A stretch of 64,000 nt of DNA from Octopus sinensis (Eukaryota). Below, piece after piece: positions 11,990-22,967 of this stretch (its first letter is position 1; every line of letters starts with the position of its first letter). Below the pieces are notes generated by a model. The model worked only from the letters and a program-made list of their open reading frames with translations. It was not told the DNA's origin and made no database searches. The position numbers and the translations under genes were made by a program. The stretch is from NCBI RefSeq assembly GCF_006345805.1, contig NC_042998.1, positions 104,780,001-104,844,000 on the forward strand. Reading direction: 5' to 3'.

Positions 11990-13000
11990 TATTATTTTGC
12001 ATAGCTCATCTTCGTGCATTTCAAAGTTGGATGTAGATTGTTTAGCTAGAAGTGACTTCTTCCAAACAGCAGATTTTCTCCGAATTAGAAAACAATCATC
12101 TTTTCCGTGCACCCTGTCTATATTCTTTTTAATGTGTACCATAGGTTTCTTCTACTCTTTGATAAGCTCTTGTCTAGAGTTTCCCATTACTGAATTTTCA
12201 TAAACTGCAGCAAATTTGCTCCCATTACTACGTTTCTAATTTAAAGTTAACTTTCCGCGTTGTAAAAATAATGGTATAGCTATGGGGAATCCAATGGAAA
12301 TTACTTCTCTGTTTTTCGATCTAATATTTAATTACCACTATTGCTAAATCACGTGGAAAATTTGTATTGTGGTTTACTACAAGAAATTTAACCAGCACCG
12401 AATTTGCTCTGTTGTTTTAGATAGAATGGGAAAGCAATGTCATCCCGAATGAATTTCAGTATGTGGGTGTATAGAGGTTTCAAAATTACATCAGCAACAT
12501 TGCTTAGTTGATGGGTAGATCATACCGGACTAACTATGAGAGATCTAAATTTTGGGTACGTTAGTTGTAGCAATTTTATGTATTCACCTCCTTGTTCCTT
12601 TTTTGCGTGTTGTATTTCATATGACATGTATTTGTTAGTTAGCCATAAATGTTGTCAGGTTTGGGTTCAAAATTCGTAATACATTCACTTTTATAAGTGG
12701 TGGTTTATGACGTTTTGAAACCAGATTATCAGGCTGCTTTATATTGTGGTGGTCTACACTTGTGCATATTTCAGAGTAAATGGTTGTTCTTCAACTAATC
12801 TTCATCGAAATACTGATAATATTCAGCATCCATTATGACAATGACAATAACACCACTCCTATCTGCTTCTTTAGTCACTATTGTATCATCCTTTTGGAGA
12901 CGTTTAAGTGTAGACTCTCAAATTTGGAAAATACTTCATCTGACACTATTTCATCTGCTTAAGCGGGAATTAGGAACAGACATCAATATACTAGTTTAGA
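11990..13000 (-). mobile_element. Penelope-like reverse transcriptase, decayed
   Basis: KRLQKDDTIVTKEADRSG; KEQGGEYIKL...KFRSLIVSP..THQLSNVADVILKPL..ILKFIRD; VMGANFAAVYENSVMG; RKDDCF. Confidence 0.75.
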
Positions 13001-14119
13001 CGTGTATTTCTTCTCCTTAGCATCATAGATGATAAGCACAGTGACACAGTTGAAACATATTAACCGGGTCAACCTGTTGATAAGGTGTGTAAAACTATGG
13101 GTTGCAAATGATGTCATCCGATTGTAGGACGAGTGTTTCTGCGTCGTTATCTTACTTTTCCATATCCTACGAAGAAATTCTATTATTATACGTAAAAACA
13201 GCAAATAATAAATTTGGCAGTGTATGCAAAGCGTCGTAAAACAGGAATTAATAATTAGAGACACATTTAACAAAGCCTAGCAACGTCAGCAAGATATTTA
13301 CTATTTCGTGTGTTTGAGGGAAGAGACAACTGTATCTAGAAATATAACGAACAATAGATATAAAAATGCAAAGAAATGCAATCAAAAGTAAGTATGTCAA
13401 ATAAACTAACCCTTGTATCTAGTTGAATAGATTCCGTTAGTATTTTCTTTTTTCACGCATGGTTTTGATAAACCTAAAAAGTATAAAGAGTCGAGAAAAT
13501 AAATAATTAATAGTAAATGAGTGGTAAATATAAGAAGGTAAATAGTTGGCTTTGGACGTGTTAACCCACACATTTACGCGTGCGCGCACGCACGCACACA
13601 CGCACGCACGTACGCACACACATTGTCCAATATATTATTTGAAAAACTTTTCTAGAATTAGAAGTAATCAATTTAAAATTAACATGATTTATCCCTATAT
13701 AGATAAAATCATTACAGCGGAGCAATAATAATAGAACTGTATGAAGAACAACTGTATTGATATCACAGTAAAATTGAATATTAATTCCATGCGACCAGCT
13801 GCAATACCTGTATTGTATACGTGAACAGCTAATGGAAAGTTGTGGTACTTAATCTTCCACAAAAGAATTTTCGTTCTAATGTGGTGCGGTCAGTTGAAGT
13901 ACGAAAAAGAAACGGTTGGGTAATTTACTACTCTAGGGTACACTCACAAGCACTTTCGCACACAATCTAATTATAAATTAGATCAGAGCACCTAATTACA
14001 AATTTACACACATATCTTAATTGAATTTATAATTAGATTTGCACCTCCCTTTTTAGACAAAATGAACTTAAATAATATCATTGATGAGTAATGTTCCTCC
14101 ACTATTACTTCTGTTTAGC

Positions 14120-14121
14120 CC

Positions 14122-14187
<66 letters not shown>

Positions 14188-14188
14188 C
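14120..14188. repeat. (CT)n microsatellite
   Basis: Seen directly. Confidence 0.9.
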
Positions 14189-14879
14189 CATGATGGTATA
14201 CTTGGCCTGTGGAATCCTCGCCTGACACGATGTTCCAATAGCGATGTTCTAGAAACAGCTATTAGAGACTTTGTACACCTTTTTATTATATAGCTAAATT
14301 AAATGCCCTCGTCAAATCTTGCCAAACCGTCTGCTTATTATTTCTGTTTTTATCTACACACACACATATAGACTTTGAAATCGAATGAAACTCTTTTCAC
14401 GTAGCTGGATTAAATCCTTCAATTACGATATGGTCTGTTGATCTTTCGTTTCAGTATGCAGCACCAGTTTGTTCAGTTAATCAACACGTTTTTTATTACC
14501 AAGCATTACATTCTTGTATCAAACAACTAATTAAATTAGTGACAAAAAATTTTTAAACTTCATTAGTATGTTAATAATATTTAGTTTTATGCATACTCAT
14601 AGTACATTATATCAAAATAGAGTAGGTTTATTTTACTACATCTAGTAGGACTGAAACAGTTCATTTTTCGTAATTTTTCTACACATTTAAACAGAAGTCA
14701 GTAGATTCCGTTGATAGTTATTTATGAGTAATAATTGTATATTTCTTTTTGTATTTGTTGCTTAGTAATTAATATTGTTTTATTTTGGAATGGTCAGTTT
14801 CTTTTCCAACATAACGCAAGCGTTGTTCTGCTTTTCTTTTAATTACTGTGTCAGAAGGAAGGATTAGTCCTCATGCTAT

Positions 14880-15249
14880 TTACAGCCTTCCCCTTGAGAC
14901 TAGGAAGTTTGATACCGTTAATGTTCCGGTTCAACTGTTACAAGTCAACAGCTGCAGGATATATATGATAAATTCCAGACAACCGATGTTCTGGAAAAAA
15001 ATAGGACTGGAAATAGCGGTTCCTACAAAGCTAAGAAGTTGGATAATACAAGAGTGATGAAAGCTGAATGGATCAGGAGTGCCTTACTGAAGGAGGTACA
15101 AGACTAACCAGCTCTGAGGTATAGGGGCTATTATAGTAGCAATGGGAGAGTAGAGTTGTCACTCTTATTGGCCAGATGAACGGAACATGTCTGTGAGTGA
15201 TTTAATGCCAATCAGTTGATTGGTTCTTTTTCTGTATGAGGGCCATTAC

Positions 15250-15288
<39 letters not shown>

Positions 15289-15900
15289 CATGCGTGTGTG
15301 TGTGTGTGTGTGTGTGCGTGCGTTCACGTAACAATAGCACCATCTCAGATTGGCGCAGTTTAGGGTGGAATTGGACGCACGAATTAGATGCACTAAAGTG
15401 TGCTTCGAAATGCCAGAGTACATTTCCGTAAAGATTGAAAAGTAAAGGAGTTCATTTAGTATGTGGTAAAGTTTTTATCATAGTACTTGAATGCACTGGA
15501 AGGAACATTGTCTGAACCACTGGATCTGTTGATCTGAAATAAGAGTAGCATGATGTGTATGCAGCACAGTGGAAACCTTGGTCGAATTGAAGTAGATGAA
15601 TTTAGAGAGAACTGGTCACATGTGCTCAGTGTGGAGTTAGACGCAAAATGGGCTGAGAAAATGAAAAATTTCTGCATACATTTATTTCTCACAGAGTCAT
15701 TATTGTTGAGAGGTGGAGGAAAAGAGCATTCTGCAAAGTTGGTGAAAATTCTTTTCGCAAGAGACCAGAAAGATTGGATGCAGCTTTGGAGTCTGGAATG
15801 CTTGAGAGCTGTGCTATGCACGAGGCGGTCCTTTGCAGACTGGATAGGGGTCTTATGGGAAATGGATTGTACATTTACGCTCAAGAATGATATAAAATAT
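14880..15900 (-). mobile_element. CR1-like LINE ORF2 fragments
   Basis: SFWSLAKRIFTNFAECSFPP...FSAHFASNSTL (ORF 15456-15884) and C-terminal TSELVSLVPP...FFPRTSVVWN; resembles 59720-60540. Confidence 0.65.
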
Positions 15901-16683
15901 GATATAAGGGATCTGATAAGCCATTCATGTGTGACTAATGTGTCGGTGTTTAAAAGGATGGGGAACCGAGATGCTTGAATCTATGTTTTTATTTTTGGTA
16001 TCATAAGGAATTATAGAAGGCTGTGATACGTGGATAGGTTATGGAAGTCCAGACCAGAGATCTGGCCCGAAAGCCTACAGCTGCATGAATTCTACGAAAA
16101 GCACACTCAAGGTCGTAAGGGTCATGTTTAACCTACCTCCTTCATAAAAGGGCGGAATATCTACACTTTATGAACGGGGAACACTAATCAGTTTATCAAA
16201 TTTTATTATTACACTGCTGTGAACTTTTCAATGACTTTTCAAGCTACGGATATTTATTTCTCTTACGTTTGTTTTGCTGTCTTATATAAAGCAGTCGTGT
16301 GTTGTTCAGGTTGCGTGTGATTTGGTGTGTCATCGTGTTAATGTTTTGTTTCCATGAATACAGCTTTATTTTTTTGTTTTTCATTTTATTTCTGCTTTTC
16401 TTGGTACAACAATAATCACGCAAATGAAAATATGAAAATATAAATGGGCGCAATGTAAACAAAGCAGAAACACGACAACATAACACGCACATGGGTCTTG
16501 ATCACCTATACATATATAATACTCGGCAACAGAGCGAAAACCAGTTGGAGAATGAGAAGTCATGAATAGAAGTCGTTACAATTTTGTGCTTAAATATTTC
16601 TAACAAACTGGTTAGTAAAATAGGCAACAACCTGTACTAAAACCTGTGCGATTGTTTTATATGATCAGAAAAATCTTACTCAC

Positions 16684-16721
16684 GTAAGTAGAACTAATGT
16701 GTTGCAACATCAAACTGGAAC
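16684..16721 (-). CDS. Candidate small exon of the secreted-protein gene
   Basis: ataactacag| ... TAC|gtgagt; 38 nt, phase 1-0, (G)SSLMLQHISSTY; 84-nt intron to the signal-peptide exon. It needs a further phase 0-1 exon, which was not found. Confidence 0.45.
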
Positions 16722-16805
16722 CTGTAGTTATAGGCTGTTCACAGATGAAAGTGACAAAGGATTATGGAGTTTACCTATTTACATGAGATTACAGTGTTTA
16801 CCTAC

Positions 16806-16866
16806 CTTGCGATGTTGCTGGTGTGTATGCTACACATAGGCTGATTAAGAGCAGCAAACACCTCAT
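16806..16866 (-). CDS. First coding exon (signal peptide); the exon spans 16806-16876
   Basis: Acceptor ttttcctttcag|, ATG at 16864-16866, MRCLLLLISLCVAYTPATSQ(G), donor CAAG|gtaggt, phase 1. Confidence 0.75.
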
Positions 16867-16944
16867 CTTTTTTTTCCTGAAAGGAAAATTATCACAAAAG
16901 TAAATGTTATGTACACACACACACGCACACACACACACACACAC

Positions 16945-16989
<45 letters not shown>

Positions 16990-17053
16990 CATACACACTA
17001 ACACACATACACACACACATTTTTATACACACACACATATGTATGTATATATA

Positions 17054-17237
17054 TATTAAGGTAATAAAGTTACTATCTGGTCATAGAGTGACCAATGGTT
17101 CCACATCCACGAAAGCTGTAGCTTCGCGGACAACTCTTCGGATTAGAGTCTGATGAAGCGTCCGCGAAGCTACAGCTTTCGTGGATGCAGAACCATTGGT
17201 CACTCTATGACCAGACATTAACTTTTTAACTTTAATA
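17054..17237. repeat. Foldback element (core arms 17076-17131 and 17160-17215)
   Basis: 56-bp arms with 2 mismatches, looser outer extension, 28-nt spacer containing CTGATGA; next to (TA)n. Confidence 0.85.
17145..17206 (+). ncRNA. Hammerhead-like fold, one A short of GAAA
   Basis: Stem I AGAGU/ACUCU, CUGAUGA 17150-17156, long stem II GCGUCCGCGAAG/UUUCGUGGAUGC, GAA, stem III ACC-AUU-GGU, GUC triplet. Confidence 0.55.
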
Positions 17238-17566
17238 CGTTACTGCTCTATACTTTAGCGTGTGCTTCTCTTTCGGATATATGATATATTGACTATATAT
17301 ATATATATAAACTGCTGGATCTCACTCATAAGGGAATCTTAGATTCTGTATGAACTCTATGTTTGGAAGGACCCATTTAAAATTCTGTTGGACTTTTGGA
17401 CTTTACTCATAGGGTATTGGAATATTACATATATACCATTCTGCCTAAAAAATGGATTTGCAACTTCAATATCCATACATATCTTGCATCTATTTTCTTT
17501 CCTCCCCCTCACTCTCTATTTTGTATCACATCTAAACTAACTATGACTTAATCATCCTCTCACACC

Positions 17567-17617
17567 GTCTCCGATGAAGGGATATAATTAATAAATATCT
17601 GGAAACAGCTGTAAGAC
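17567..17617 (+). ncRNA. Minimal type I hammerhead with U4C change, in a probable Penelope pseudo-LTR
   Basis: Stem I GUCU/AGAC, CCGAUGA, stem II GGAUAU/AUAUCU, GAAA, palindromic ACAGCUGU, GUA triplet; followed by (TA)n. Confidence 0.6.
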
Positions 17618-17765
17618 CTTCTATCTATAAATGTTCTACTTTCTACACAGCCTTGGTTTTTTATTTTATTACGCAAAAATTCTTTTATATATATATATAT
17701 ATATACATGAATGTATGTATAAACATATATATATATGCACGTATGTACATACACATACATAATAT

Positions 17766-17800
<35 letters not shown>

Positions 17801-18689
17801 CATATACACACACATGTATGTATACACACACACATATACATACATACATACATGCATACATACATTCATACATGGCGATGAAAGAACTGCAACGAACTTT
17901 GCCAAGATTTCCGGAAGATCTTGAGATTGGTAAAGGAAATGAGGCAAAACCATAAATGATTCATGCGTAATTCCACGATAAGTCTGGTCTAAATGTTTAC
18001 AAGGCAGTGGAAGCCGCTAAATGAACCCAAAAGCCAGGCGTTTGTCATTTTACAACAATAGGCAAAGTCTTGTTGAGAGAGATATTTTAACATTTCCGTT
18101 TACCTTACTGCACACTTAAGACTCGACACAAACTATAACAACAGCAGATGAAGAATGCTGAGTAAAAATCAACAGCGGAACTATTACAGATAGAATTATT
18201 GTGAAATAATATTACTGAAAGGATAAAAAAATAATTGAAATTAAAGGTTGTGGAATTTTGGCTGCTTCACCTATAATTAATGGTATATAGCAAATTGGTA
18301 CAGAGTATCACTATTCCATACGGACAATATCACTATCGAAATTATGTACTAAAACCTCACTCAGATATCAAAAATTTCGGAGCAAGGTGTAAACTTGATT
18401 CTAAAACGCTACAACGCATATCACTTAAGAATGTCGTTTTGTACTCTGCCTATTTTAGGTCTCTTTCTGAAAATACACGCACGCTCTCGCATGCATACAT
18501 ACACACACACAACACACACACTAACACACACACAAACAAACATATAAACACATACATGCATACTTATATATACATAAAGAGAACAGAAATGGTGTCTAAA
18601 ATTTGCGACAGCTGACTCGGTAGAATTTTATTGATGTATCCAGGGATTACATAAGATACAATCTACCATGTTCAGGAAAAGTTTTACAC

Positions 18690-18740
<51 letters not shown>

Positions 18741-18942
18741 ATATATATATATGAAGGGAAAGTTTACGAAAATAAACAAAAGACGAAGGCAGGTGGTGTA
18801 CAAACAAACAGATGTATTAGTATAGCGCCCAGGAATAGAAAAAGTCTTTTACGTTTCGAGCCTACGCTCTTCTACAGAAACATACACAGAAAAAAACAAG
18901 GAGAGTGAAAAGGAGCGAAAAAAAAATATATACATATATAGT

Positions 18943-19280
18943 GTATTTAGGGTTGGTCATGTTACCGGTTTAGCCAATAAAAACACACGCACTATATATT
19001 TGGTGTTAATTTGCTTCAGCCTTATTTATTTTTTTTACATTAATCTTTTTTGTGTGTCTCCTTACTAACGATGGCTGATCGTTAGTAATGAAAGACACAA
19101 AAAAAGAAAGAAGAAAGCAAAGGACCACTGATGAGTTCACAGAAGTGTGACGAAAGAACTATGGCCGAAATAAGATTAAGATTAATGTAAAAAATAAATA
19201 AAGCTGAAGTAAATTAAAACCAAATATATAGTGCGTGTGATTTTATTGGCTAAACTGGCAACATGACCATACCTAAATAC
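18943..19280. repeat. Diverged inverted repeat (about 18943-19047 and 19178-19280) enclosing a hairpin and a hammerhead
   Basis: GTATTTAGG...ATTAATCTT versus AAGATTAAT...CCTAAATAC. Confidence 0.75.
19122..19166 (+). ncRNA. Minimal type I hammerhead
   Basis: Stem I GG(A)CCA/UGGCC, CUGAUGA 19128-19134, stem II GUUCAC-AGAA-GUG(U)GAC, GAAA 19152-19155, 1-bp stem III with GAAC loop, CUA triplet. Confidence 0.6.
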
Positions 19281-20246
19281 AAAAACATCTGTTTCAACAC
19301 ACGATTTCACATCAAGAATCTTGCAAAACAAATATAAAATATATATATATCATATCATATCATATCATATCATGTTGTTCTGCATTGCTCAACACTCCCT
19401 TCATCAGAGACCACAATCCGATCCGGAGAATTTCTGTCAGTGACTCTCTTTCGAGCAATACCAAGCAGCACTATTAATACTAAAACATCATGGAGCATGT
19501 TTTAATGACATTGCAACACATTCTTACTTCTGACGACTATGTTGCTATTACCACAAACTTTGAACTGTTGCAAAGATATAAACTATTCTGTAGTAAGTAA
19601 GTATTTATAATCTGCTATTCCATTCCTTTATTCTTTTGTTGACATTTCTCATAACCGTGGCGACACATACTGTCATTCTTTCCGTCACAGACCACCGACA
19701 ACTCATCTATTCTGCCACCATTGCACTCATCTATTTTCATACATCATACTGTTCGACTAAATTCTATGCCCTCGGTAATCTAAGCCTGAAAGACACGGGC
19801 ATCTATTAGAGAGCTGCGAAAGTTGTATGGACCCGAATCAAAGTGTTTTAAATAATACATGTAACATCTATTAAATTCGATGAGTGCCTTCCTCTTTCGT
19901 TTGTCCTTTCACTTGTAAATATAGATTGTGTATGTGTGTGTGTTTGTGTGTACATGAGGTACGAAGTGCCTGATTTCCTATTACAAGTATAATCCAAGGA
20001 AAGTTTAGAAATAAGGATTTTATATTTTGAGATTGCAGTCTAACTGATCAAGGAAAATTTAAACTTACCTAAGTGATTTGAGTCGTACTTGGAAGCGCAG
20101 ATACCAGTAATGACTGAATAATTTCCGGAAAGCTTCAAATCATATATAAGCACACGCATTCATAACTTACTCTGCCTGTCTTTGCTTATTTTTTCTTCCT
20201 CTCTCTTCCAACCTACCAGATTGTTTCTTTTCTGGCATAATTACAC

Positions 20247-20321
<75 letters not shown>

Positions 20322-20463
20322 ATACATACATATATATATATACATGTATATATATATATATAATACATGTATATATATATATATGTGTGTGTATGTGTCT
20401 GTATAGATACATGTATATGTACATATATCTATAGCTATATCTATACATATACATAAGCATGCA

Positions 20464-20515
<52 letters not shown>

Positions 20516-21054
20516 GAGAGAGAGGGGGGTTGGGGGAGATACAGATATATACTTACCTCCCTTCCTACATACATGCATCCATAATAGATACATACATATA
20601 TACATACATGCATACATACGTATACAAATGTGAGATGTGAAAATTTGCTTCGGTATTTTAAAGTAATGGACATCAAAGAGATATTTAAGAGGGACACTTC
20701 TGTCAATAAATCAACTAGAAAACATCATAACAATGAAACCATAAATATTTACAGTCATCATAACAAGCTATTGTTTATTTAAATATTATAATATCTGTGC
20801 AGCCTACTTACGCCATTTTTGCATTCATAGTATTTTCGACTGATGTGCAACGGATCAGGAAATGTAATTTTATCTTCAGAAAGTGATAGTGAAAGGTTTT
20901 CAACCATCATTGCCAATGTGTGTGTACATGCCTGCGTGTATGTGTATGTCTGTATATATATATGTATTATGTATATGTATACACTTACACACACAACATA
21001 CACACACGCACACACACATATACATATACATACATACATACAGACAGGCATACA

Positions 21055-21103
<49 letters not shown>

Positions 21104-21108
21104 TATAT

Positions 21109-21129
<21 letters not shown>

Positions 21130-21139
<10 letters not shown>

Positions 21140-21398
21140 GAGGGCATTATACATACATGCCAGAAGGCATTATACATACATGCCACACGCTAAGAGGGAC
21201 AATTAGTCATTTCTACCAAAAATATTACTAATCCCACCGAATGCAATTTTTCAAAGTAAGACAATGTCTTACTTTGAAAAATTGCATTCGGTGGGATTAG
21301 TAATATTTTTGGTAGAAATGACTAATTGTCCCTCTTAGCGTGTGGCATGTATGTATAATGCCTTCTGGCATGTATGTATAATGCCCTCTATATATAAA
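21130..21398. repeat. Perfect palindrome, 134-bp arms, 1-nt spacer (centre 21264)
   Basis: AGGGCATTATACATACATGCC...AAGACA a TGTCTT...GGCATGTATGTATAATGCCCT; next to (TA)n; same family as 22756-22893. Confidence 0.9.
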
Positions 21399-21515
21399 TT
21401 AATATGTTCAATAAGAAATAATTATTTTCGAAATTTTTTCTCTTGTGAGGTTTTCACGCTATCTACCTGACAATTTCTTGTTAAGTTTTCCTTATTAAGT
21501 AGTTGTCCTTAATTG

Positions 21516-21550
<35 letters not shown>

Positions 21551-21589
21551 CATATTATTTTTTCTTCCTCTCTCTTCCAACCTACCAGA

Positions 21590-21632
<43 letters not shown>

Positions 21633-21636
<4 letters not shown>

Positions 21637-22630
21637 TTACTTGGAAAAGGATGCATGGCGTTCGATCATATAATAATATAAATAATATATAATTATATAT
21701 AAATATATGCATATGTACCTACATCTATATGTATATATATACATGCATAAATGGGTACAGAACATCAAAAAACGTTGAACACAATGAGAAACGAAAACAT
21801 AAAAACAATAACATAGAAAACGAACTTTTTTTTCGAACAACGAAAAAAACAGAGAAACGAGACATACAACATAAAGAACATTCCCCTTCTTCAGTTGTCC
21901 CTGTTTCATCTACTCTGCGTTTTGAAGGCAACGTCGTTGAAACAGTCCTTCCCGCAAAGCAAATTAAATAAAATTTGGGATTTTTTGCGGAGGGTGAGAG
22001 TGGTAAGAAGAACAGAACAGTGAGAACAAGACAGTAAAAATAAACGATGAGGGCTGTTAAGCCAAGACGATAGAAAAACTATTATGAACGCGAGGAGGAC
22101 GAGCTTACGAGAGGAGACAAGTATAAGCACGTGTTGTTTTTAGGAAGGAAATGGGCAGAAAGATAGATTCCCTTTTGTCACGTGTCAGCGACGAGAGAGT
22201 CAAGGAGGAAGAGCAAGAGAGAGGGTACGGTGAAGAGGAGAGGAGAAGAATAGGGAAGGGTGGGAGAGAGAACCAGAAAGGATGAAGAACAAGAGAGGAA
22301 GAGAGATAGACAGAGCAGAGAAGAGATTGTAAAGATAGAAGAGTGCGCATCGTAATTTTTAAGATGAAACTTACTTGGAAAAGGATGCGTGGTGTTCGAT
22401 CATATAATAATATAAAAAATATATAATTATATATAAATATATGCATATATACATATATATATATACATACCTACATATATATCTATATATATGTGCATAT
22501 ATGGGTAGAGGACATTAAAAAACGTTGAACACAATGAGAAACAAAAACATAGAAAACGAACTTCTTTTCGAACAAAAAACAAACAAACAGAGAAATAAGA
22601 CATGTAACATAAAGAATATTCCACTTCATC
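21633..22630 (-). mobile_element. Direct-repeat-flanked non-autonomous element, probably Penelope-derived
   Basis: Direct repeats about 21633-21890 and 22367-22630; purine-rich core; CTGAAGA/TTGATGA at equivalent positions; (TA)n at both ends. Confidence 0.6.
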
Positions 22631-22755
22631 AATATATATATATACAATTTAAAATTAGGATAAAATATTTATAAGAAATTATCAAGTAGTTAGCGTGAAA
22701 ACCCTCATATGGAAAACTTTATTAATTATTCCCTTTGAATACATTTATTTATATT

Positions 22756-22893
22756 AAGGTCATTACTATACATAAATGCCTCACGCTTGGAGGAATTCTT
22801 AATGCCAAAACTACCATAGTAAATGTTTATTATGGTAGTTTTGACTTTAAGAGTCCCTCATAACGTGAGGCATTTATGTATAGTAATGCCCTT
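22756..22893. repeat. Older imperfect palindrome
   Basis: Arms roughly 85% identical around 22824-22825; terminal GGCATTACTATACATAAATGCC is related to the 21130-21398 family. Confidence 0.75.
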
Positions 22894-22967
22894 TATATAA
22901 ATAAATATATATACATATACATACATACATAATCATATATATATATATATATATTTACATATATCAG

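Noticed and set aside
13810-13880. Minus-strand exon ending YNT|G like the Cys modules
   Set aside because: No cysteines and an upstream in-frame stop; at best an unsupported 21-nt microexon
16381-16563. ORF with CACY and a hydrophobic tail near the signal exon
   Set aside because: No convincing donor or module pattern; low-complexity hydrophobic translation of T-rich DNA
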